Below, piece by piece: positions 18,316-27,258 of a DNA stretch of 64,000 nucleotides. Each line of letters starts with the position of its first letter. Position 1 is the first letter of the stretch. Below the pieces are notes generated by a model. That model saw nothing but the letters and a program-made list of their open reading frames with translations, did no database searches and had not been told where the DNA came from. The DNA is from Longimicrobiales bacterium (lineage in GTDB: Bacteria > Gemmatimonadota > Gemmatimonadetes > Longimicrobiales > Gaopeijiaceae), in NCBI GenBank assembly GCA_965202805.1, contig OZ241869.1, positions 1,728,001 to 1,792,000 of the forward strand. Reading direction: 5' to 3'. The position numbers were made by a program, and so were the translations under genes.

Positions 18316-20559
18316 TCACGGTCCGGGTTCCGATCCTGGGTTCGCAGGGTCGTCCTGCGGAGAGCCTCCCGCCCCTGCATCGAAGCGTCCGGCCAGCAGG
18401 TAGCGATACAGCCTCAGCGCCAGCCGCTCCTCGAGTTCCTCCAGCCGGCGCCGCGCGGGGGGTGTGAGCAACATCGTCTCGCAGGATCTGTCCGCCGTCA
18501 CCGTGGGCGCCTCCTCGTCCGACGGGTCGACCGGCCAGATCGCGTCGCCGGGGCCGTACTGCCGGAAGCGCCTGCCCCCGGCATCATGCGCGGAGGCCCG
18601 GCCGGACGTCAGCAGCTGCAGGCCTTCGTTCGGGACCTCACGCCCCGCGAGGGGCTCCCCCGCGGCATATCGGCGCGGATTCAGCCAGCCGCGAAGCTCG
18701 TCCATCAGCTCCTCGAAGCGAATCTGGCGCTCCAGATGGCGCTCGAGGTCGCTGGCGGCGCGCCTGAACAGCGAGGCCCGGCGCTCGTCGACATCGCTGG
18801 CGTGGGACTTCCACGCCGCGATCACGGTCTCCTCGCAGTATTCCAGCGCGCGGTCCGCATTGGGCTCGATCCGCACCCTGTCGAACTCCGGGGCGGGGAG
18901 GTTGCGCTCCAGGCCGGTCCTGAGCTGCGCGGACGGGCCGCTCAGCACCACCTTCACGCCCGCCGCGTTCGCCGATTGCACGAACCTGGCCAGGACGTTC
19001 ACCGCCGAGTAGTCGAAGCCTGAGACATCCCCGAAGTCGAGCATCAGGCAGGTGGGACGGGGATCGCCGCCAAGGGATTCCCTGAGATGGTCGGCCAGGG
19101 GGTAGACGCTTCCGAAGAAGACGTAGCCGCGCAGCCGGTACGCGAGCACCCGCTCGCCTTCCTCGAGCAGGATCGCGCGATCCGGGACGGAACGTGCCAG
19201 GGTGCTGCTGCGTTCGCGCGCGGTGAAGCGCGATTCGATCGGATCCACGCGGCTCAGGCGCACGGTGAAGAACATGAGCGTGGCCAGCATCCCGGCCGCC
19301 ACGGCCTCGAGCAGCCCGAAGGCGACGATGACCACGCCGATCAGCACGATGATGCCGTACTCCGACCAGGGCAGCCGCTTGCGGCTCATCACCAGCCCCT
19401 GGTCGAGCATGCCGGCGCCGGCGAAAAACAGCATGCCTCCCACGAACGGCACCGGGACCAGTTCCAGCATCCCGCCGCCCAGGAACACGGCGGCCGCGAT
19501 GACGAGGGCGGTGACGACGCCGGTCAGGCGGGTGGCCGCCCCGAACAGCTTGCTGCGCAGCGACGCGGGCACGATCATGCTCGCCGCGGTGCCGCCGCCG
19601 AGACCCGCCACCACGCTGGCGAGCCCCGCCGCGCTGAACTCGCGGTCCCAGTCCAGATCCTCGTTCGCGGCCATTTCGAGGCCTGCGAGGTTCATGATCA
19701 CGACGATGAGGGCGACCAGCACCAGGGCGAGGAGGGTCGGGAGCTGCGTGGCCATCGCCGCCCAGTCCACCTGCCCCAGGTCGCCGGGCGCGAACGCCGG
19801 CCACAGGCCGCCTTGTGCGGTGCTCGATAGCAGGAGGCCCGCCGCCCTCGCCTCCTCGCCGGAGATGCCGAACGCGGCGAGTACGAGATGGAACCCGCCG
19901 ACGCCCACCACGACGCTGGCGGGAAGGATGAGCGGGTGGCCCCACCGCTTCATCGCGAGATAGAGGGCGATCCCGAACGCTGCGCCCGGACTCCACTTCC
20001 ACAGCTCCGAGGTCTGCGCGAGCGCCGAAATCGCGCGCCAGTCCGGATCCACGCCCATCATGGACATGGAGGACAGGCACACGACGACGCCGATGCCGGT
20101 TACGAAACCGCCCGCGACCGGGTAGGGCACGAAGCGCACCAGGTTGGCGAGCCGGAATCGCCCGATCAGGAGAAAGCACAACCCTGTCGCGACCGCGCCG
20201 GTCGCGAGCGCCGCCACGGTGGTCACGAACAGCGCTTCGCCTTCCGCCGGCATCGTAGCCCCGATCAGCGCCATCACGATCACGAGCGCGGGAGACAGTC
20301 CCGATATCGCCCCGCGAAAGCCCCCTGCGAGCGCGATGACCAGGCAGGCGGCGAAGTTGCCGAACAGCACCAGGCCGACGCCCTGCGAGGAATACGGAGC
20401 CAGCGCGCCCGAGAAGATGAGGCTCCCGAAGGCGACCTGCGAGGCGACCAGGCCCAGGCCGGAGGTGACGCCCGCTGCCAGCGCCGGAACGGCCTTCGGC
20501 GACAGGGCGTCCGCGCAGAACTCCGACGCGAGGCTGCGGAGCGGGGATGTTGTCTGCAT
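18316..20559 (-). CDS. SulP family anion transporter with STAS and cNMP-binding domains
   Basis: Multi-TM with FVPYPVAGGF, LRGYVFFGS, DFGDVSGFDYSA (STAS), C-terminal cNMP-like domain. Confidence 0.88.
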   Translation of the reverse strand: MQTTSPLRSLASEFCADALSPKAVPALAAGVTSGLGLVASQVAFGSLIFSGALAPYSSQGVGLVLFGNFAACLVIALAGGFRGAISGLSPALVIVMALIGATMPAEGEALFVTTVAALATGAVATGLCFLLIGRFRLANLVRFVPYPVAGGFVTGIGVVVCLSSMSMMGVDPDWRAISALAQTSELWKWSPGAAFGIALYLAMKRWGHPLILPASVVVGVGGFHLVLAAFGISGEEARAAGLLLSSTAQGGLWPAFAPGDLGQVDWAAMATQLPTLLALVLVALIVVIMNLAGLEMAANEDLDWDREFSAAGLASVVAGLGGGTAASMIVPASLRSKLFGAATRLTGVVTALVIAAAVFLGGGMLELVPVPFVGGMLFFAGAGMLDQGLVMSRKRLPWSEYGIIVLIGVVIVAFGLLEAVAAGMLATLMFFTVRLSRVDPIESRFTARERSSTLARSVPDRAILLEEGERVLAYRLRGYVFFGSVYPLADHLRESLGGDPRPTCLMLDFGDVSGFDYSAVNVLARFVQSANAAGVKVVLSGPSAQLRTGLERNLPAPEFDRVRIEPNADRALEYCEETVIAAWKSHASDVDERRASLFRRAASDLERHLERQIRFEELMDELRGWLNPRRYAAGEPLAGREVPNEGLQLLTSGRASAHDAGGRRFRQYGPGDAIWPVDPSDEEAPTVTADRSCETMLLTPPARRRLEELEERLALRLYRYLLAGRFDAGAGGSPQDDPANPGSEPGP

Positions 20560-20684
20560 CGGCGGAATCTACCCACAACCGCGTACCGCGTCAGCAACGG
20601 CGGCCTGCGAGGCTGCCGCCCAGCCAGAGGAGGCGGATCAGAAGCCTCATCTTCGGCGCGCGGCCCACCCGGGACCGAGGCCTT

Positions 20685-21419
20685 CTAGCCCCGTCGTTTC
20701 CGCACGGGCAGCGACCGGGCGGATGGGGAGTCTCCGGCGGATCGGGATTGCGGCCCCCGGGCGGGCTGAAGCCCGGGACGCGCCGCCAATCGCGGGATGC
20801 GGTCCGGATCGACCCCGTCCGCCGCCCGGGCCAGCCGCTCGCGCACCGACCCGGGCACCCGGTGCAGATCGCCGTCTCGGAAGAAGGTGAGCGCCTTGAG
20901 CGTGGCGGACGGGTCGAATCGATCGCCGAACACGGCGGCGGCCGCGCCGAACGCGCGCCTCAGGCTCATGTCGTCCAGCCGGAGGAGGGCATCGACGTCG
21001 AAGTGGTCCGTCGCGCGCGAGCGGGTCTGGACGGACTGGAGCGCTGCGGCCGCCAGGTCCGTCAGGGAGGCGACCGCGATGCCGGGCGGCTCCGCCAGGT
21101 CCGGATCCTCCACATGGCTGCGGACGATGCCTCCGGAGAAGGAGACGCGCACGATTCCGCCACGATCCACGAGGCACGTGAGCGCGTCCCTGCCACGCCG
21201 GATGACCTCGGCGTCGCGCAGGTACGGGACGGTGTCGAGGAGCCGAAGGGGGTCAAACCGCTGCGCCGACAGGAAGCTGAATGCGTCCGGCCTGCGATGC
21301 GCCAGCCGGAGCGCGAGCGCGGCTCCGCCGTAGAGCACGAAACCATCCGGCGTTGTCCCAAGCTCCGCGAGTACGCGGTGCTGATGATGGGAGAGGGTGT
21401 CCAGCCGAAGTTGCAGCAG
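20685..21419 (-). CDS. AbiEii/AbiGii-type nucleotidyltransferase, degenerate
   Basis: FVLYGGAALALRLAHR, LKALTFFRDGDL; SD AAGGAGG precedes a CTG at 21419; catalytic acidic motif altered. Confidence 0.7.
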   Translation of the reverse strand: MLQLRLDTLSHHQHRVLAELGTTPDGFVLYGGAALALRLAHRRPDAFSFLSAQRFDPLRLLDTVPYLRDAEVIRRGRDALTCLVDRGGIVRVSFSGGIVRSHVEDPDLAEPPGIAVASLTDLAAAALQSVQTRSRATDHFDVDALLRLDDMSLRRAFGAAAAVFGDRFDPSATLKALTFFRDGDLHRVPGSVRERLARAADGVDPDRIPRLAARPGLQPARGPQSRSAGDSPSARSLPVRKRRG

Positions 21420-21534
21420 GAGATGCCTCCTTACCTTCCGATGCCAGGTTTCACTGCGGGGACCCGCCCGCTAGAGTGCCCGGACAAGATGGCGATGTGG
21501 CGTCGGTCGGGATCCGGCGCAACACCGGAGAGTA

Positions 21535-22098
21535 ATGTTGAAGAAGTCGCGTGCCGAGGACCGGGATCCCGGTCGAGCCGGGGCCGCGGGAGGGTCGCGC
21601 TCCGCCGTGGCCGCGTTTGTGGCCACCGCCATCCTGCTGCACGGAGTCTTCACGGTCGGTCTCCCCGCGCTGATCCTCGGGCGCACCGAAGGCATGGCGA
21701 TGCTCCATGCGGACATCGGCCCGGCACGCTGGCTGGGCGCGGGGCTCGCGGCCTTCGGCATCCATCTCTACCTGTGGTCGGCCGTGCAGTTGCTGCGGCG
21801 CCGGACGTCGGCCATACCCGGCAGGGAGGCCACGGTGCTGGTCACCCACGGCTGGTACGGCCGCACCCGCCATCCGCTGCTGCTGGGCGTGGTCGCCATT
21901 CTCTTCGGGGAGGCCGTCTTCTTTTCGTCCCTGGCGTTGCTCGCTTACGCGCTGGCGTACTGGCTGTGGCTGACCGCGTTCGTGGCGCTCAGGGAGGAGC
22001 CGGATCTGCGTCGTACATTCGGCGCGGAGTACGATGCTTACTGCCGCGAGGTGCCGCGCTGGATCCCGATCCTGCGCCGTAAGGCCGGGCAGGGATGA
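21535..22098 (+). CDS. Isoprenylcysteine carboxyl methyltransferase / PEMT family membrane protein
   Basis: LVTHGWYGRTRHP...EEPDLRRTFGAEYDAYCREVPRW. Confidence 0.85.
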   Translation: MLKKSRAEDRDPGRAGAAGGSRSAVAAFVATAILLHGVFTVGLPALILGRTEGMAMLHADIGPARWLGAGLAAFGIHLYLWSAVQLLRRRTSAIPGREATVLVTHGWYGRTRHPLLLGVVAILFGEAVFFSSLALLAYALAYWLWLTAFVALREEPDLRRTFGAEYDAYCREVPRWIPILRRKAGQG

Positions 22099-22247
22099 TG
22101 GAGCGGCCGGGTCCGCCTCGTCGCCCGGCCGCCGGATCGGCCACCGCCCGGCCATGATCTCCAACTTGCCCGACGGGCCAGGATCGCGGATGCTGCTCCG
22201 GTGATCGCGTCCGCCTTCCCCGGAGAAGCCCGCTGACTGCCCTGCCC

Positions 22248-22790
22248 ATGACCACGCTGCGCACCCGCTTCGAGCGCCTGCTCGAGGCCATCGTGCTCGT
22301 GCTGGTAGCCGCCCTGGCCGTGGTGGTGGTGATGGGCGTGGGCTTCCGCAAGTTCGGGGCGGCGCTGGTGTGGTACGACGAGGTGGCGTCCATCCTGCTG
22401 GCCTGGCTGACGTACTACGGGGCGGCGCTGGCGGCCCTCAAGCGCGCCCACATCGGGTTCCCCAACCTGGTGCGGCGCCTCGGGCGGCCGTGGCGGATCC
22501 CGGTCGTGGTCGCGGGGGAAGCGGTGGTGATCGCGTTCTTCCTGATCGCCGCGTGGGCGGGGTGGCGGGTGCTGGTCATCCTGGAGGGCTCCGGCATGGT
22601 GAGCCTGCCGTGGGTGCCGACTCGCCTGACCCAGTCGGTCATCCCCATCGGCAGCGTGCTCTTCGTCATCGCGCAACTGCTGAGCCTGCCGGAGATGCTG
22701 CGGGCGGGTGAGGAGGCCAGTCCGGAAGCTGCCGCGGGCACCGGCAGCGGCCCGACGGCAGCCGAAGCTCCGAGCGAGGGCGGCCCGTGA
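22248..22790 (+). CDS. dctQ: TRAP transporter small permease
   Basis: 4 TM, WYDEVASILLAWLTYYGAALA..HI; GTGA overlap with dctM. Confidence 0.88.
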   Translation: MTTLRTRFERLLEAIVLVLVAALAVVVVMGVGFRKFGAALVWYDEVASILLAWLTYYGAALAALKRAHIGFPNLVRRLGRPWRIPVVVAGEAVVIAFFLIAAWAGWRVLVILEGSGMVSLPWVPTRLTQSVIPIGSVLFVIAQLLSLPEMLRAGEEASPEAAAGTGSGPTAAEAPSEGGP

Positions 22791-24070
22791 CCCTGCTGCT
22801 GATGTTCCTGGGGATGATCGCGCTGGTGACGATCAACGTGCCCATCGCGGTCGCCCTGGGCGTCATCGCGCTGATCGCGATGGTGGTGACCTCCGGCGCC
22901 GCGGCGATCCCCAACGCCGGCCTCGTGCTCTTCACCGGCGCCACCTCCTTCCCGCTGATCGCGATCCCGCTCTTCATCCTCGCGGGCGCGATCATGAACG
23001 CGACCGGCATCTCGCGCCGCCTGATCGCCTTCGCCTCCGCCCTCTTCGGCGCCATCCGCGGCGGGCTGGCGATGGTGTCGATCTCGGCATCCCTCTTCTT
23101 CGCCGAGATCTCCGGCTCCGCGGTGGCGGACGTGGCCGCGCTGGGGTCGATCCTCATCCCCGCGATGAAGAAGCGCGGCTACTCGACGCCGTTCGCGGCC
23201 GCGGTCACCTCCTCCTCGGCGACGCTCGCGGTCATCATCCCCCCCTCCATCCCCATGATCATCTACGGCGTGATGTCGGAGAGTTCCATCGTCGAGCTGT
23301 TCGTGGCCGGAGTGGTGCCCGGCGTCGTCGGCGGCATCCTGCTGATGGCGGTGGCGTACGTGCTCGCGCTGCGAAACGGCTTCCCGGTGGAGCACGCGTT
23401 TCAGCTGAAACGCGTCTGGACCACCTTCCGCGACGCCGGCTGGGCGCTCCTCCTCCCGGTGATCATCCTGGGCGGCATCTTCACCGGATGGGTCACCGCC
23501 ACCGAGGGAGCCGGGCTGGCGGTGGTGGCCGCGCTGGTGGTGGGCGGGCTCATCTACCGGGAAATCGACCTGGCCGCGCTGCGCCGGGCCGCCCTCGACG
23601 GCGGCGTGCAGACGGCCGTGGTCATGCTGCTGGTGGCCACCTCGGCGCTGCTGGGCGACTACCTCACCGAGGCGCAGGTGCCGCAGCGGGTGGCGGACAG
23701 CATCATCGGAATCACCGAATCGCGCTGGGCCATCCTCGCGCTGCTGAACGTGTTCTTCCTGGCGATCGGGCTCTTCCTGCACTCCGCCGCCGCCATCATC
23801 CTGGTGGTGCCCGTGGTGATGCCCCTGGTGCACGCGGCCGGCATCGACCCGGTGCACTTCGGCCTGGTAGTGACCCTCAACCTGGGGATCGGGCAGCAGA
23901 CCCCCCCGGTGGCCAGCGTGCTGGTGACCGCGTGCTCGGTGGCGAAGGCCGACATCTGGGACGTCAGCAAGGTGAACGTCTGGTTCGTGGCGGTGCTGCT
24001 GGCCGTGCTGGTGATGGTCACCTACCTGCCGGTCGTGCCGATGAGCCTGGTGGAGCTGTTCTACCGGTAG
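22787..24070 (+). CDS. dctM: TRAP transporter large permease
   Basis: LIAIPLFILAG, SGSAVAD, IIPPSIP, GIDPVHFG, TPPV motifs. Confidence 0.92.
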   Translation: MTLLLMFLGMIALVTINVPIAVALGVIALIAMVVTSGAAAIPNAGLVLFTGATSFPLIAIPLFILAGAIMNATGISRRLIAFASALFGAIRGGLAMVSISASLFFAEISGSAVADVAALGSILIPAMKKRGYSTPFAAAVTSSSATLAVIIPPSIPMIIYGVMSESSIVELFVAGVVPGVVGGILLMAVAYVLALRNGFPVEHAFQLKRVWTTFRDAGWALLLPVIILGGIFTGWVTATEGAGLAVVAALVVGGLIYREIDLAALRRAALDGGVQTAVVMLLVATSALLGDYLTEAQVPQRVADSIIGITESRWAILALLNVFFLAIGLFLHSAAAIILVVPVVMPLVHAAGIDPVHFGLVVTLNLGIGQQTPPVASVLVTACSVAKADIWDVSKVNVWFVAVLLAVLVMVTYLPVVPMSLVELFYR

Positions 24071-24083
24071 CGAGTGCTCGAAA

Positions 24084-24143
24084 TCTGCCAAAATGGCAGA
24101 CTCATCGTCTGCGGGAGCGAGAAAGTCTGCCAAAATGGCAGAC
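24084..24143. repeat. Two copies of the palindrome (G)TCTGCCA-AAA-TGGCAGA(C) between convergent genes
   Basis: Copies at 24084-24100 and 24125-24143. Confidence 0.85.
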
Positions 24144-24154
24144 CGGCCCCCGTC

Positions 24155-24898
24155 TCAGACCGCCTGCTCGCGCACGATGCGCCGCACCCCCTCCTCCAGC
24201 CGCGCCAGGTAATCGTCCAGATGCTCCGCCGCGATGGGGTTGCCGTGGATGGGCGCCACCCAGGACACCTCGCGCTCTTCGACCATCTCGCGCAGCACCC
24301 CCATGAGCACGGCCGGATCCGCGTAGCGAAGCCAGATCAGCGTGTCGCGGTGGAAGGTATGGATCTCTTCGCTCCGGAAGCCGTCCGGCAGCCGGCGCGA
24401 CGTCAGCCCGGTCTCGTCGTCCGCGTGGTGGTAACCGAAGCCGTCGGCGACGAAGAGCACGCGCGATGCCCGGTCGTAGATCCACGAGGTGTGGGAGCGG
24501 TCCGCGAGCGGCGGGTCGAGGAAGTCGAGCACCCTCCCGGCCACCTCCAGGCTCCCCCCGATCCGGCTGCGGCGGGCGTACGGAAGCCCCTGGATCTCCG
24601 GCTCGCCGGAGGAGGCCACGATCTCGAAATCGCCCCAGCGGCGCCGGAACGCCGGGATGTTGCCGGAGTGCGGATAGTCGGAGTGCGACAGCACCAGCGA
24701 ATGGATGCCCTCCCCGGCAGTGGCGCGCGAGATGCGGCGCACCAGGCTCTCGCGATGATAGAAAGAGCCCGAGTCGATGAGGATGTTCCTGTCCCGCGCG
24801 CGGATCAGAAACACGCTGACGTGGACGTTGCGCCCCCCGCCCAGCGAGTAGTTCTCCGCGATCCAGGACACGTCTCGCGTGAGCTCCACCCCGCTCAC
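24155..24898 (-). CDS. MBL-fold protein (FprA/ODP-like di-iron domain), paralog B
   Basis: ILIDSG, SHSDYPHSGN, LFVADGFG, APIHG; GTGA overlap with paralog A. Confidence 0.82.
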   Translation of the reverse strand: MSGVELTRDVSWIAENYSLGGGRNVHVSVFLIRARDRNILIDSGSFYHRESLVRRISRATAGEGIHSLVLSHSDYPHSGNIPAFRRRWGDFEIVASSGEPEIQGLPYARRSRIGGSLEVAGRVLDFLDPPLADRSHTSWIYDRASRVLFVADGFGYHHADDETGLTSRRLPDGFRSEEIHTFHRDTLIWLRYADPAVLMGVLREMVEEREVSWVAPIHGNPIAAEHLDDYLARLEEGVRRIVREQAV

Positions 24899-25698
24899 AG
24901 CACCCCCGTCCGCCCACCGGTCGCCACCCGCTCGACGACCTCCTTCATCATTTCGAAATAGCGCGGCACGTCGGCGCGAATCACGGGCCCGTGCGCGGAC
25001 GCGATCATCGCCGGACGATACCTCTCCGCCAGCAGATCGATCTCCGCCTGTGTGCGCGCCACATCCACGTACCGCATCCAGAACATGACCCGTCCGTGGA
25101 ACTCCGCGTAGCGGTCCACGTCCACGGGGGAGCGGAACTCATCCGCGAACAGAAGCCCTTCCCCATCCATCAGCGGCAGCCCCATCCAGTCGACGGGCAG
25201 GAGCATCCCCGAGGTTTCCTCCGTCATCCACATCGACATCGCCGCGTCCAGGAAGGCGGCGTCGTGGAAATGCAGCCGCAGCCCGCCCAGGTCGAGCGAG
25301 TCGCCCGGCCCTACCTTGTGGGCGTCTTCGAGATGATAGAGCTCGTGGGTGCGTCCGAAGCGGGGCGCCACCAGCGTCGCCCCGGGATGGCGCTCCAGGA
25401 TGCGGAAGGTGTTGCCCGCGTGGGGAACGTCCGGGTGCGAAAGCGCGAGATAGTCGAGGTCGCGGCCATCGAGCACCGTCTCCAGGTCCGCGAGGATCTG
25501 CTCGTCCGCGGCCGGCGACAGGGTGTCGAAGAGGAGCGTCCGCTCCCCGGCGAAGAGGAAGGCGTTCTGCGGAACGTGGATCTCTCGCCCGGGACGGTAC
25601 CAGTGGGCTCCGCGATCGACCAGGGACCTGGCGATTCCCGGCCGGTCCGGCCCGAACTCCTGAATCCAGTGGATCCCGGGATGGATTTCTCTGGGCAT
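24895..25698 (-). CDS. MBL-fold protein (FprA/ODP-like di-iron domain), paralog A
   Basis: MPREIHPGIHWI, QNAFLF, LLFDT, SHPDVPHAGN, ASAHG; start reassigned to ATG 25698. Confidence 0.82.
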   Translation of the reverse strand: MPREIHPGIHWIQEFGPDRPGIARSLVDRGAHWYRPGREIHVPQNAFLFAGERTLLFDTLSPAADEQILADLETVLDGRDLDYLALSHPDVPHAGNTFRILERHPGATLVAPRFGRTHELYHLEDAHKVGPGDSLDLGGLRLHFHDAAFLDAAMSMWMTEETSGMLLPVDWMGLPLMDGEGLLFADEFRSPVDVDRYAEFHGRVMFWMRYVDVARTQAEIDLLAERYRPAMIASAHGPVIRADVPRYFEMMKEVVERVATGGRTGVL

Positions 25699-25826
25699 GG
25701 CGCGCCTCGGGGGAGATGACGCCTCTCCGGCGAGAGGCACCCGCGAAGGTGTAATGCGGCGAGCACCAGCGCCAGTGGCGCGCCGGGGGATCGGCCGCGC
25801 GTTGGTCACCCTTCGGGGCAACCGCC

Positions 25827-27257
25827 TCAGTCCGCTCCCCGCACCCGGCCGAGCCCGACCCCGGCGCCCGCGGCCACCAGCACGAGCAGTGCGCCGAGAA
25901 CCGTGAGCGGAACACCCGCACGTCGAGCCACGTCGGCGCCCTCCTCGTCGGCGAGCTGGAACTTCGGCACGTCGGGAAGCGCGCTCGCGTCCATCTGCTC
26001 GCTGGCCAGGATCGCCGGCACGAAGAACTCCCGCCACTGTTCGGCGAACGCGCGCACCTGCGACTGGAAGGAGGCGAAACGCGCGTCTCCCGTCCCGGCC
26101 GCGTCGATGAGCACCTCCTGGGCCAGCAGCGCCGGCGACAGGAAGCGGTAGCGGCGCACCAGGGCGATCTGCTCGGCGCGGCGTGCATCGTGTTCCCCCG
26201 TCACCTCCTCCAGGTGGCGGTTCACGGCGTCCGTGGCGGCCCAGGCGAGCGCGCCCAGACCGGGCTCTTCGGCCACTACGCCGCCCGCCATTTCCGGATG
26301 GTCCTCCAGGTAGCGGGCGAGCAGTTCGCTGCGGCGGTTTACGGCGTCGTTCGAGGCCTCGCGCTGGGCGGTGACCATCTGCACGCGGGACGGCAGCGGG
26401 TGCAGCAGACCCGACGCGATGTTGATGGCGGCGGGGAGCACCACGACGAGCACCAGCCACGCGCCTACCAGGACCGTGGCGTTCCAGGCGGAGGACCGCC
26501 GCAGGCTGTTCACCCACGCCGCGAGCACGAACCAGAAGAGCGCGTAGGTGACCACCGTGCCGCACCACAGAAGCACCCGGCCGGGCGAGGCGAAGCCTCC
26601 CGTAACCAGAATGCCGGCCAGCGAGGCCGCCAGCACCATGCCCACGACCAGCAGCGCCCGGAAGGCCAGCTTCGCCGCCACGACGCTGCGCGCCGAGACG
26701 GGCTGCGAGAGCGTCAGGGCCAGCGTTCCCTGCTCGCGCTCCTCGGAGAGGACATTGAAGCTGAGCGCCAGAACCAGGAGCGGCAGCAGGTAGATCACCA
26801 CGAAGGCCAGGTCGAAGCGCCCGACCATCAGGTTGAGGGGGTTCTCCACCTCGCCGTTCTGGTGGAACGACGATTCGTTGGTGTAGATGTTGACGTCGTA
26901 GTAGTACGGCAGGAGATCGCTCTGACCGACCGCCAGAGCCGTCAGGGGACCCGGCTCCAGCACCGCGGTGTGGCTGCCGCGGGCCCCGCCCATCACGTTG
27001 GGCAGGCGCGGATCCGCAAAGCGCGACGCCGGCTCGGCGCCGTTTTCGATGTCGGCCAGCTCCTGTTCGATGGCGCGGACGCGCTCGACGTTGCCGGTCT
27101 GCACGGCCTCCACCGTGCGCTCCTGAAAGCGCATCCAGACGACGCCGTTGGCCAGCGCGTAGGCGAGCAGGACGGCGAAGAGCCCGAGCACGATGCGGAG
27201 CGCCGGATCGGCCATGAGCAGACGCCACTCGTTCCGGAGGACGGTGCGCGCGGCCAT
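25827..27257 (-). CDS. ABC-2 type permease, DUF3526 family
   Basis: LAVGQSDLLPYY, NPLNLMVGRFDLAFV, SEEREQGTL, FLSPA. Confidence 0.88.
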   Translation of the reverse strand: MAARTVLRNEWRLLMADPALRIVLGLFAVLLAYALANGVVWMRFQERTVEAVQTGNVERVRAIEQELADIENGAEPASRFADPRLPNVMGGARGSHTAVLEPGPLTALAVGQSDLLPYYYDVNIYTNESSFHQNGEVENPLNLMVGRFDLAFVVIYLLPLLVLALSFNVLSEEREQGTLALTLSQPVSARSVVAAKLAFRALLVVGMVLAASLAGILVTGGFASPGRVLLWCGTVVTYALFWFVLAAWVNSLRRSSAWNATVLVGAWLVLVVVLPAAINIASGLLHPLPSRVQMVTAQREASNDAVNRRSELLARYLEDHPEMAGGVVAEEPGLGALAWAATDAVNRHLEEVTGEHDARRAEQIALVRRYRFLSPALLAQEVLIDAAGTGDARFASFQSQVRAFAEQWREFFVPAILASEQMDASALPDVPKFQLADEEGADVARRAGVPLTVLGALLVLVAAGAGVGLGRVRGAD

Positions 27258-27258
27258 G

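Noticed and set aside
24084..24143. Possible CRISPR mini-array
   Set aside because: Only two short repeats and no cas genes; kept as a palindromic repeat
24895..27228. 777-aa apparent fusion ending in the MBL domain
   Set aside because: The N-terminal part is an alternative frame of the DUF3526 permease; the real start is ATG 25698
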